In this document: positions 25,687 through 37,146 of the stretch, in pieces
Numbering within the stretch: the first letter of the stretch is position 1
Layout of the letters: each line of letters begins with the position of its first letter
DNA from: Mobula birostris
Lineage: Eukaryota
Reading direction: 5' to 3'
Assembly: GCF_030028105.1 (NCBI RefSeq)
Contig: NC_092377.1
Span: 3,973,079-4,037,078 of the forward strand
DNA length: 64,000 bases
Made by a program: the position numbers and the translations under genes
Notes under the pieces: model-generated
What the model saw: only the letters and a program-made list of their open reading frames with translations
What the model was told of the DNA's origin: nothing
Database searches by the model: none

Positions 25687-26099
25687 GTGTTGTTCATTTG
25701 CACAAATGACACGTTTATTTAATTGTGTTTTTTCATGGAAATTAAAAGGAAATTTGATGAAGATAAGGCTATGAATGTTGTCGATGTGGTCTTTGACAAG
25801 CTCCTGCAAGGGAATTTGGTCAAGAAGGTTCTGTTGTTTGGCATTGCAGATGAAGTTGTAAATTGGATAAGACTTTGGCTTTGTGGAAGAAGTCAGAGTG
25901 GCAGATGATGCTTGGAGGCCTGTGACTTGTGGAGTGCCACAGGGATCGGTACTAGATCTGATGTTCTTTGTCATTGACATCAACAATCTGAATGATAATG
26001 TGGGAAATAGAATGAGCAAATTTTCAGATTGAATTGAATTGAAATTATTTCTTACATCCTTCACATGCATGAGCAGTAAAAATCTTTACAATACATCTC

Positions 26100-26700
26100 C
26101 ATCTAAATATGCAATGTGCAATCATACTAATTTAGAATAAATAGAACAGTCAATGTATTATAGAGTACACTCAAATCAGTGTGAGTTCATCAGTCTGATG
26201 GCCTGGTGGAAAAAGCTGTCCCGGTGCCTGTTGGTCCTGGCTTTTATGCTGCAGTACCGCTTCCTGGATGGTAGCAGCTGGAATAGATTATGGTTGGGTT
26301 GGCTTGGGTCCCCAGTGATCCTGCGGGCCCTTTTCACACACCTGCCCTTATAGATGTCCTGAATCATGGGCTGTCGGTACCACTCTTGGCAGAGTCCTGT
26401 GATTAAGGGAGGTACAGTTCCCATACCAGGAAGTGATGCAGCCAGTCAGGATGCTCTCAATTGTGCCCCTGTACCAAACTTCCTCAAACGTCTGAGCTGA
26501 AAGAAGCGCTGTTGTTGTCTTTTCACCACACAGCTGGTCTGTGCTGACCATGTGAGGTCCTCAGTGATATAGATGCCAAGGAACATGAAGCTGTTTACCC
26601 TTTCAACCCCAGATCCATTGATGTCAATCGGGGTTAGCCCATCTCTATTTCTCCTGTAGTCCACAACCAGCTCATTTGTATTTGCGACATCCAACAGCCC
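26100..26700 (-). mobile_element. Rex/Babar-like LINE fragment
   Basis: FLGIYITEDLTWS, QRFFQLRRLRKFG, TIESILTGCITSWYGN, LLPSRKRYCSIKARTNRHRDSFFHQAIRL in minus-strand ORFs. Confidence 0.8.
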
Positions 26701-28323
26701 ACTAATTCTTGCTCTATTATGTGTACCCTCTTTGACTTTTATGTTAGCCTTGACTTCTCTTGTTAGCCACAGTTGTTCCATCTTGCCTTTAGATGTACAT
26801 CCCAAAGAGGAAATGCTTGAAACCGCAGTGAGCAAAACACTTCTGAATTGTCTTTCTGCTTATTTCTCGGTAAAAATCATTGCTTTTTAAATGTTCATTA
26901 GAACATACAGTGAATGAATGAGTCATAGACCGAATCAAAGGTGGAGATGAATCAACATCGATTGAAAATCTGCCATAACAACAATCTCTTACTCACTGTC
27001 AGCAAGACCAAGGAGCTGATTCTGGTCACGATTACCCATTATGGTTATTATTCCATTGTGGAGTTATTGAGTATGCCCACGAGAAAATGAATCTCAGGGT
27101 TGTATATGGTGACAAATATGTACTTCGACAATAAATTTATTTTGTTTGTGTTGAATCAGGTGAGTAAGCGTTGCACTGGGCTCCTGCATTGTTACAGGGG
27201 TGATGTATGCTGAGGGACAACAGATTTATTGTCTGGACACATTATAACCTGCAGCACTCATAATGAACTTCTCCAACTTCAGATAATTTAGTCTTTTTTC
27301 CTGTTTGAACCAGGTCAGGTCTAGTATTGTGTCACCATTTTTCTCTCTCTTGTCTTTCCTTTGTATAGTTTTGGTATCTGCACCTGACCAGTAGGCCATT
27401 CTGTAAAACACCAACAGATTTTACAACAACATTAACAACATGTTCCACAAAGTAGCTTAACTCTCCATTGCCACACACAAAAAAGCTGGAGGAACTCAGC
27501 AAGAATCTATGGAAATGATTAAACACAAGATACTCTTTAGATTCTGGAATTCAGAGCAACACATACAAAATGATGGAGGAACTCAGCAGGTCAGGCAGCA
27601 TCTACGGAGAGGAATAAACAGTCAACCTATTGGGCTAAGACCCTTCTTCAGGACTGGAAAGGAAGGGGAAAATGGCAGTATAAAAAGCTGGGGTGTGGTG
27701 GGGGGGGAGGAGGACAAGCTAGAAGGTGATAAACGATACCAGGTGGGTGGGGGAGGGGGGAATCAGAGAAGAAGCTGGGAGGTGATGGGTGGAAAATTAA
27801 TCAATGGCTGCGTCATTTCACTCGATTATATTCATTCCCTGTCTCCCAGCCCTCTCTGCTATTTAGACTATCTCCTTTTCACATTCATGTCCTGGAGAAT
27901 CTGGGTGGCCTTGTACACAAAGATCAAACCCAGCAGGCAGGTACAACTGGTGATTCGGAAAGGAACCCTTGTCCATTATTGTGGGACAGATTTGAGTACA
28001 AGAGTAACGATGCCTTACTGGAATTATGGTCTCCAGTGAGAGGGCAACAAGGAACAGGAAGTCTCTGAGGGTCGTGCTTTATTCAGTCACCCACTGGGTC
28101 AGTTGGTACAAGCAGGTGGAACAGCATCATTCCCTCAGGGATTGGGTAAATATTTGGAAAGGACTTTTCACAGGACTCTGGGGAATGAGGGGACTGGGAT
28201 CCGTGAGCACCTTTTTCAAAGAGCTGGCACAGGAGGATGGGCCGAATGGATTCCTTCTACACTGACAGTGAGCTTCCCAGATGTTTACCCACTGATGTGA
28301 TTTCCTTTCCGTTCCTCAAACAG

Positions 28324-28443
28324 AGATGTCCCGAGCCCCATCGTACCTGGCCTGGCTCATTCTGGCTGTCGTGCTGGGAGTTCTGGCTGTCACTGGAGGC
28401 ATTTTCCTCATCAGACGCAGAGCGTTTAGAAACCACCCGTCCC
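28324..28443 (+). CDS. Transmembrane exon of a type I membrane receptor (xMSRAPSYLAWLILAVVLGVLAVTGGIFLIRRRAFRNHPS)
   Basis: Acceptor TTTCCTTTCCGTTCCTCAAACAG|, donor C|GTACGT, 120 nt, phase 1-1; 23-residue hydrophobic stretch followed by RRR; no charged TM residue. Confidence 0.88.
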
Positions 28444-28609
28444 GTACGTGTGACTAAATGGTTCATTCTGATCCGATTGTTGTGTGGGGTTATTAAAATG
28501 TGAAGGTCGGGGACTGATTGTGAAAGAGCCCGTCGTTGTGTTGTGACAGCAATGTGGGACTCACAGCTCGGAGACAGATGTTACTGATAATTTATACTCT
28601 ATTTCACAG

Positions 28610-28683
28610 ACCCACCCACAGCCACTGATCACCGGAGCCCAGGGGCAGATTATGAAAATGTTTCCGTGGCCAGGGATGTTCCG
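28610..28683 (+). CDS. Cytoplasmic exon 1 (HPPTATDHRSPGADYENVSVARDVP) with YENV
   Basis: Acceptor TTTATACTCTATTTCACAG|, donor CCG|GTGAGT; phase 1-0; in frame with the TM exon across a 166-nt intron. Confidence 0.88.
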
Positions 28684-30346
28684 GTGAGTTCTGATGCTTT
28701 TCTCAGATAAGTAGAATTGTGTGGGGATTGCTCTGGTATGTTCTTGGCTTCTTACATCAGGGATATTCCCCAGTGACATTGTGGTTCATTGAATATTTCT
28801 GCAATGTCTGAATGATCTGCAAATGTATGTGGTTTGACTGTTCCTCGATATTGACCACAGACCGTACAGCTGTACAGCACAGGAACAGGCCCTTCTGCCC
28901 ATCATGGCTGTGCCAACCCGAATGCTACCTGAAACTAGTGCTGAACAACACACAAAGGCAGCATCTATGGAAAGAAAGGGGCTTCGGACCAAAACCCTTC
29001 ATCAGGCCTTGAAAGATGGGTGCAGAAGCCAGAATGAGAAGCTGTGGGGATGATGGGTAGGAATACAAGCTAGAAGGTGATAGGTGGAGCCAGATGGGTG
29101 GCGGGGGCTGAAGAAAGAAGCTGGGTGGTGATAGGTGGCAAGGTAGAGGGCTGAAGAACAAAGAATCTGATAGGAGAGGACATGGAGAGGTGATAGGCAG
29201 GTGAGGAGAAGAGAATAGCTGAGAGGGGAGCCAGAATAAGGGAAGCAGTGGCTGACTGGCAGGAAGCAAAGAGTGGGAATAAATGGGAGCCTTTTCTGGT
29301 TTGCTGCCAGTGACTATTTGTGTGTCACATCGGTCTGTGTTGGGTCCAAAGGTCTGAACATTATGTTAACAATAAGGTGATGGAATTGATGGATTTGTTG
29401 AAATGTTTGCAGACAATATGAAGATATCTGGAGGGGCAGTTAGTTTTGAGGATGTAGAGAGGCTGCAGAGGGAATTAGAGAGATAAGGAGATTGGGCAAA
29501 GAAATGGCAGATGAAATACAGTGTCAGGAATTGTATGGTCATGCACTTTGGTAGATGAAATGAAAGGGCTGACAATTTTCTAAATGGGGAGAAAATACAA
29601 AACAGCAGGAGATTGCGGCAGAGAGGAAAATTGAATCAGCAATGATGAAATGGCAGAGCAGACTCGATCAGCCAAATGGCCAAATTGTGCTGCTATGTCT
29701 TGTGATCTTATGGAAAGGGAAGAAGGGGGAGGGGAAGATACCGGAAGTTAAAGAAATCGATTTTCATGGCATCAGACTGGAGGCCACCCATATGAATCTC
29801 CAATGTGAGGGTGGCCTCACTGCTGAAGTAAAGCAGGCCATCGACCTGTCAGAGTCTGTGCTTTACAACTGCAGCTCAAACTACGGTTCTCCACGTGCGG
29901 TGGGTTCGTGTTCTTGGACACGCAGTACAGCCTGGCATTTTGATATCTCCAGGAGAGGACTGGAAGACGTGCGCCATCGTGATGTGGCCCAATGGATGAC
30001 CTGGTCAGTGTTGCTGACGTGTTGTGGGAGACGGAGAGAAACAGAGAGACAGCAGGCGGTGTGCGTTGCTGTCGGAGAAAGCCCCTGCACACTCTGTCGG
30101 TCATTGACTCTATGGGCTCAGAGAACTGACGCAGCAGATTGTAACATCAAAACAGCGAGTGGTCTCCTGCTCTCATTTCTTACATGAGCGATATCCCTCT
30201 CAGCCTTGCTCGTGAGAGAGAGTCTGTCTGAGTTGTGTGAAGATAACTTGCCCTTCACATCTCCCTTAAACTGTCCCACTCTCACCTTAAAGCCAGTGTT
30301 GATAATGTTTAGACTGATGTAATGGTTCAATTGTGTTCTGTTGTAG

Positions 30347-30388
30347 GGTTCAGGAGGTCACCAGCTCGATTCAAACAACACCTACATG
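30347..30388 (+). CDS. Cytoplasmic exon 2 (GSGGHQLDSNNTYM), first half of the ITAM
   Basis: Acceptor TTGTGTTCTGTTGTAG|, donor ATG|GTAAGG; 42 nt, phase 0-0. Confidence 0.85.
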
Positions 30389-30478
30389 GTAAGGAAGGTC
30401 ACCTCTGGAACATTGAAACTTTTCGCACAGCACGAGCTGTCAAGCTGTTGTTCACACCATTTCTGTGTTCTCTACTAG

Positions 30479-30521
30479 GCTCTGCAACGTCCCACTCAGT
30501 CCATCTACGGTCATCTCCAAG
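30479..30521 (+). CDS. Cytoplasmic exon 3 (ALQRPTQSIYGHLQ), second half of the ITAM
   Basis: Acceptor TTTCTGTGTTCTCTACTAG|, donor AAG|GTACGT; 43 nt, phase 0-1; 90-nt intron from the previous exon. Confidence 0.85.
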
Positions 30522-30604
30522 GTACGTTGCAACATCTTTGGACAGGCCGGCTAAACCATATCAACTGCTGTGGAAGTGGTGAGACTGGAGAAGTCTTTAT
30601 ACAG

Positions 30605-30624
30605 GAACAGCCAGTGAGCAATGA
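30605..30624 (+). CDS. Possible proximal terminal exon ((G)TASEQ*)
   Basis: Acceptor GTCTTTATACAG| (weak pyrimidine tract); phase 1; stop at 30622-30624. Confidence 0.3.
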
Positions 30625-30819
30625 GCCCCGTGTGGTGATGGATCAGCGGCAGCTCAGTCTGATCACCAATTGGACCAGGGTGTGAATTCATACCTTTTAC
30701 TGAATCAGGTCGCTCAGCCATGCACAGACATCCTCACAGTCCTGGTAAAGCTGAGTGTCTAAAAGACCCAGTGCTGTTCATCACCTCCATTGGTTTCAAG
30801 GCTGAGCAAGTGTTGTCCC

Positions 30820-32405
30820 TGATTTTTCCAGCAGGATCTGTTACATGAGTTGTTGAATTCCAGTGAGTACAGGCCAAGAGCCATCAGATGCTTTCATATG
30901 ATAAGCCTTTCAGTTCTGAAATCATTTGAAGCCTCTCTTGGGCCCTCTCCAATGTCAGAACATCCTTTTTTCAATAAGAGTCCCAAACCTGCTCGCAATA
31001 CTGCGTGAGGCTTCACCAGTGTTTTATAAATCCTCAGCATTCCATTCATGCTTTAATATTCCAGTCTTCTCGAAATGACCGCTAACATCGGATTTCTGTT
31101 CCTCACCACAAACTCAACCTGCAAATTAATCTTTAGGGAATCCTGCACAAGGACTCCAAAGTCCATTTGTGCCCCAGAATTTTGTATTTTCTCTCCATGA
31201 AATAAATAGTCCACACTTCCATTCTTTTCTACCAAGGAGCATGGACATACATTTCCCAACAATGTATTCCATCTGCCACTTCTTTGCTCATTCTACTAAT
31301 CTGTCTAAATGCTCTGTGGCTTCTCTGCTTCCTCAACAATATCTGCCCCTCCACTTATCTTCATATTGTCCACATACTTGGCTACAAAGCCATCAATTCT
31401 ATCATCCAAATCTTTCACACTTCACGTAACACTTTGTTTGTCATATATATTAATGATCTGGATGATGGGGTGGTAAATTGGATTAGTAAGTATGCAGATG
31501 ATACTAAGATAGGTGGAGTTGTGGATAATGAAGTAGGTTTTCAAAGCTTGCAGAGAGATTTAGTCCAGTTAGAAGAGTGGGCTGAAAGATGGCAGATGGA
31601 GTTTAATGCTGATAAATGTGAGGTGCTACATTTTGGTAAGACACTCATGGTAAATGGTAGGGCATTGAAGAATGCAGTAGAACAGAGGGTTCTAGGAATA
31701 ATGGTGCATAGTTCCCTGAAGGTGGAATCTCATGTGGATAGGGTGGTGAAGAAAGCTTTCGGTATGCTGGCCTTTATAAATCAGAGCATTGAGTATAGAA
31801 GTTGGGATATAATGTTGAAATTGCACAAGGCATTGGTAAGGCCAAATTTAGAGTATTGTGTATAGTTCTGGTCACGGAATTATAGGAAAGATGTCAAGAA
31901 AATAGAGAGAGTACAGAGAAGATTTACTAGAATGTTACCTGGGTTTCATCTTCTAAATTACAGAGAAAGGTTGAACAAATTGGGTCTTTATTCTTTGGAG
32001 CGTAGAAGGTTGAGGGGGGACTTGATAGAGGTATTTAAAATTATGAGGGGGATAGATAGAGTTGACGTGGATAGGCTTTTTGCATTGAGAGTGGGGGAGA
32101 TTCAAACAAGAGGACATGAGTTGAGAGTTAAAGGGCAAAAGTTTAGGGGTAACATGAGGGGGAACTTCTTTACTCAGAGAGGGGTAGCTGTGTGGAACGA
32201 GCTTCCAGCAGAAGTGGTTCAGGCAGGTTCAATGTTGTCATTTAAAGTTAAATTGGGTAGATATATGGACAGGAAAGGAATGGAGGGTTATAGGCTGAGT
32301 GCAGGTCGGTGGAACTAGGTGAGAGTAAGAGCTCAGCACGGACTAGAAGGGCTGAAATGGCCTGTTTCCATGCTGTAATTGCTATATGGTTATATGTTAT
32401 ATGGT
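30820..32405. mobile_element. Back-to-back CR1 fragments (minus 30820-31420; plus 31425-32405)
   Basis: Plus-strand YADDTKIGGVVD...RGNFFTQRGV with a (TATGT)n tail; minus-strand remnants upstream. Confidence 0.8.
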
Positions 32406-33089
32406 AACAGGACACCACTAGTCACCAGCAGCTAACCAGAAAAGATTGTTACAAGAATCAGTCCTCGTAATAATGATCGGTGAGGTACAGAGAATCTGTA
32501 TTTACCAACAAGTAACTTTTATTGTTTCAACTCAAAGCACGTGGGTTCACAAACTATTTATCTGTGTGCACCCTACTAGAATCCTTGACCCTACATGAAC
32601 AGTCAAGGAAGAGAAAAGGTATTACAGGCATTCCTCGTAGTCCTGATTTCCATGTGTCCGTGGAGTCCTCTGGCTGCTGGAAAGTTATTTCCCTGGCATA
32701 TTTGCAGCTCCTGAGTCCTGTACTGTTCCTCATCAATCGAACAGTTGGATCTCCATCCCATTGGCTCAAGGTCACCTGACCTGCCTGGGTCACCTTCTTA
32801 CTGGTCATTGTACAGGAGCAACAACCAACATTGTTTCAAGGTTCTGTCCACCCCAGCCTTGTGTATTTGAGCCTTTCAACTCTGACTGGTTTAAACCAAT
32901 TCAATGAAGCAACCCAGACAAAGTCTAACGAGATTACAGATTGCTTCTTTGGTAGGTCTGGCATTTTCAAAATAAGTAGCTACTCCTCCAAGAACTGTCT
33001 CAGGTGTACTAGAAGTTCCTTGTGTCCACATTCAATTGCTCTGATTAGATTGTCCCAGAGCAAAAATCAGTTCAGAGTCCACAAAATGG

Positions 33090-36000
33090 GGGGAAACAAC
33101 GACAACTGATTTGTCTGCTTCCTCTGTCTTCGATCAGACAGTTTCTTCTGACCAACAAGGTTGTCTCCTGCCAGTCAGCCAATGCTCTATCCATGTTAGT
33201 ATCTTCCCTGTAAAGTCATGGGCTCTTAACTTGTTAAGCAGTCTCATGTGTGGCACCTTGTCAATTGTCTTAAAATCAATGTGCACAATATCCACAATTT
33301 TTTGTCTATCCTGTTTGTCATTTCTTCAAAGAATCCTAACAGTTTTGTCAGGCAAGGTTTTTCCATGCTGATCAAGGCCTATTTTATCATGTGCCTTCAA
33401 CTACCCATAACCACATCCTTAGCAATCGACTCCAACTTCTTCTCAACCACTGAGGACAGACTAACTGGCCTATAGTTTCCTTTCTTCTGCCTATCTCCCA
33501 TCTTGAAGAGTGGAGTGACATTTGCAATTTTCCAGTCCTCCAGAACCATGCTATAATCAATTGACTCTTTAAAAATCATTACTAATGCCTCTACAGTCTG
33601 TTCAGCCACTTCCTTTAGAACCCTAGGATGTAGACTGCCAGGTCCAGTTGATTTATCTACCTTCAGACCTTTCAGTTTCCCAAGGACCTTCTCCCTAGAT
33701 TTGGCCACCATTTCCTTGTCTCCCATTACTATCTCTCCTGCAATGTTTTCCAACGGTCCGATATCTACTCGTGTCTCTCTTTTACACTTTGTGTATCTGA
33801 AGAAATGTTTGGTATTCTTTTTAATATTATTGACTTGCTTACCTTCATTTCCCATCTGTTCCTCCTTCATGACTTTTTTATTTGTCCTCTGTTGGTTTTC
33901 AAATGCTTCACATCAAAATATACTCTGCCTTTGGCTTATATGTTGGCTTTGACTTCGCTTATTAGACATGGCTGTGTCATTCTGTCTTTAGATATTTCTT
34001 CCTCCTTCAGAAGTACAGTATCTATCCCGCACCTTTTCGAATTGCTCAGAGAAACCCCGGCCAATGCTTCTCTGCTGTTATCCCTGTTCATGTTCCCTTC
34101 CAACCAATTTTGTCCAACTCCTCTCTCATGCCTCTAATTCCCTTTGCCCCACTGTAATACTGATACTTCTGACTTTAGCTTCTCCTTCTCAAAGTGCGGG
34201 GTGAATTTGATCATATTATCATCTTTGGGCTGTAGGGGTCCCTTTTGACATTACACCTTTAACATGCATTTCTATCACCTATTCTGATTTATGGACATTG
34301 CTACTGTGTTAGGGTATTTTTTTTCCCTTGCAGTTTCTTAGCTCGACCCACAGTAATCTTACACCTTCTCTGACTTGGCCAACTCCTTTTCATGATTTGA
34401 TTTTATTTTTTATCAGCAGAACCACCCGAACCCCTCTGACTACCCGCCTGTCATTTTGATACAATGTTTACAGCTCGAGCAAACCTGTCTGCAAAGATAT
34501 TAGAAACATAGAAACACAGAAAACCTACAGCGCAATACAGGCCCTTCGGCCCACAATGTTGTGCCAAACATGTCCCTACCTTAGAAATTACTAGGCTTAC
34601 CCATAGCCCTCTAGTTTACTGAGCTCCATGTACCTATCTAAATGTCTCTTAAAAGACCTTATCGTATCTGCCTCCACCACCGTTGCCGGCAGCCCATTCC
34701 ACACACTCACCACTCTCTGAGTAAAAATCATACCCCTGACATCTCCTCTGTACCTACTCCCCAGCACCTTAAACCTGTGTCCTCTTGTGGCAGCCATTTC
34801 AGCCCTGGGGAAAAACTTCTGACTATTCACACAGTCAATGCCTCTCATCATATTATACACCTCTATCAGGTCACCTCTCATCCTCCGTCGCTCCAAGGAG
34901 AAATGGCTGAGTTCACTCAACCTATTCTCATAAGGCATGCTTCCCAATCCAGACAACATCCTTGTAAATCTCCTCTGCACCCTTTCTATGGCTTCCACAT
35001 CCTTCCTGTAGTGAGGCGACCAGAAATGAGCACAATACTCCAAGTGGGGTCTGACCAGGGTCCTATGTAGCTGCAACATTACATCTCGGCTCCTAACCTC
35101 AATCCCACGGCTGATGAAGGCCAATGCACCGTATGCCTTCTTAACCACAGAGACAACCTGCACAGCTGCTTTGAGCATTCTACTGACATGGACTCCAAGA
35201 TCCCTCTGATCCTCCACATTGCCAAGAGTCTTACCATTAATACTATATTCTGCCGTTATATTTGACCTACCAAAATGAACAACTTACATAAAAACATAGA
35301 AAATAGGTGCAGGAATAGGCCATTCGGCCCTTCGAGCCTGCACCGCCATTCATTATGATCATGGCTGATCATCCAACTCAGAACCCTGCCCCAGCCTTCC
35401 CTCCATACCCCCTGACCCCCATAGCCACAAGGGCCATATCTAACTCCCTCTTAAATATAGCCAATGAACTGGCCTCAACTGTTTCCTGTGGCAGAGAATT
35501 CCACAGATTCACCACTCTCTGTGTGAAGAAGTTTTTCCTAATCTCGGTCCTAAAAGGCTTCCCCTCTATCCTCTAAGTGTTGTTAACTTCACACTTAACA
35601 ACAAGCAACACACATAAAAGTTGCTGGTGAACGCAGCAGGCCAGGCAGCATCTGTAGGAAGAGGTGCAGTCGACGTTTCAGGCTGAGACCCTTCATCAGG
35701 ACTAACTGAAGGAAGAGTGAGTAAGGGATTTGAAAGTTGGAGGGGGAGGGGGAGATCCAAAATGATAGGAGAAGACAGGAGGGGGAGGGATGGAGCCAAG
35801 AGCTGGACAGGTGATAGGCAAAAGGGATACCAGAGGATCATGGGACAGGAGGTCCGGGAAGAAGGACAAGGGGTGGGGGGGACCCAGAGGATGGGCAAGA
35901 GGTATATTCAGAGGGACAGAGGGAGAAAAAGGAGAGAAAGAATGTGTGTATAAAAATAAGTAACAGATGGGGTACTATAAAAATAAGTAACAGATGGGGT

Positions 36001-36845
36001 ACTATAAAAATACTTCACACTTATCTGGGTTGAACTCCATCTGCCACTTCTCAGCCCAGTTTTGCATCCTATCAATACCCTGCTGTAACCTCTGACAGCC
36101 CTCCACACTACCCACAACACCTCCAACCTTTGTGTCATCAGCAAACTAACTAACCCATCCCTCCACTTCCTCATCCAGGTCATTTATAAAAATCATGAAG
36201 AGTAAGGGTCCCAGAACAGATCCCTGAGGCACACCCCTGGTCACCGACCCCCGTGCAGAATATGACCCGTCTACAACCACTCTTTGCCTTCTGTGGGCAA
36301 GGATATTGATGCCTGTTGGGTTCCAGTGTAACCTGTCATTGGAAGAGATCCCAATGATCTAAATCCCTGCCCCCTGAACCAGTTCCTCAGTCACTCATTC
36401 TTCTGCCAAATCATCCTATTCTTACCCTCACTGGCTTGTGGCAGAGACAGCAATCCAGAGATTACTATCCTGGAGGTAATGTTTTCAGCTTTCTACCTAG
36501 CTCCCTAAAAACTCTCTTCAGGGACTCCTCAGCTTGTCTACCCCTGTCATTGGTGCCAACATGAACCAAGACTTCTGGCTGCTCCCACTCCCCCTTTAGA
36601 ACACCGTGGATCCAATTTGAGACATCTCTGACCCTGTCACCTGGGAGGCAACAAACCCTCTGGGTGTCTCTATTATATCCTCAGAATCTCATATCTATTC
36701 CTCTGACTATGAAATCTCTGATCACCAATGCAGTCCCCTTCACCTCTCTTCTCTTCTGAGCCACAGCACCAGACTCAATGCCAGCGCCCCGGTCACTGCA
36801 GCTCCCCTCCACTGGACTGTCCGCTTTGACAGTATCCAAAGTGGA
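33090..36845 (-). mobile_element. Stack of CR1 fragments with a nested Penelope pLTR fragment (~35600-36010)
   Basis: CR1 RT ORFs 33397-33870 and 34597-35217; (CATAGAAA)n tails at ~34505 and ~35295; pLTR matches 17290-17660. Confidence 0.82.
35667..35704 (-). ncRNA. Minimal type I hammerhead ribozyme motif with a canonical CUGAUGA core
   Basis: UAGUC-CUGAUGA-A-GGGU CUCA GCCU-GAAAC-GUC-GACUG. Confidence 0.72.
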
Positions 36846-37117
36846 TCAGGAAACCATTTGGACCAGCAGAGGACACTTAGGTTGGTGACCCAAGTTCAAA
36901 GACTTGGGAACACCATCTGGGCCAGTGGAAGTCACTCAGCCCTGAGACACAAGCTCCCAAGGGTCAGAGACTCAGGGAAATGGCTCGGGCCAGCAGATGT
37001 GACTTAATTCTGAGACAGGAGTCCTCTGGGTCAGAGGCTCAGGGAAACCATTCAGGCAGTGTCTGTCACTGAGTTTAACTCTCCCATTCTTCACACATCT
37101 CGTTGTTTGTGTTTCAG

Positions 37118-37146
37118 CCGACAATAAACCACCGTCTCGCAGCTGA
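37118..37146 (+). CDS. Likely terminal coding exon ((A)DNKPPSRS*)
   Basis: Strong acceptor CATCTCGTTGTTTGTGTTTCAG| in unique sequence; phase 1 matches exon 30479-30521; candidate AATAAA at 38588-38593 downstream. Confidence 0.55.

Noticed and set aside
27360-27460. Thr-rich frame (KTPTDFTTTLTTCST) as a CD8-like hinge exon
   Set aside because: No acceptor places this frame in phase 1; the phase-1 readings hit stops.
27509-28039. 176-aa + strand ORF upstream of the TM exon
   Set aside because: It is a mosaic of Penelope-end and decayed repeat sequence with no coherent domain.
15600-28320. A C1-set constant exon between V and TM
   Set aside because: I looked for PxV..PPS, TLVCL, FYP, W and YxCxVxH motifs in the unique stretches and found none. 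A by-eye search could miss a divergent exon.
29836-30003. Extra cytoplasmic exon candidates (AIDLSESVLYNCSSNYGSPRA; 29953-30003)
   Set aside because: The first has a purine-rich, poor acceptor. The second has stops in the required phase. The surrounding sequence looks like decayed repeat, and the model is in frame without them.
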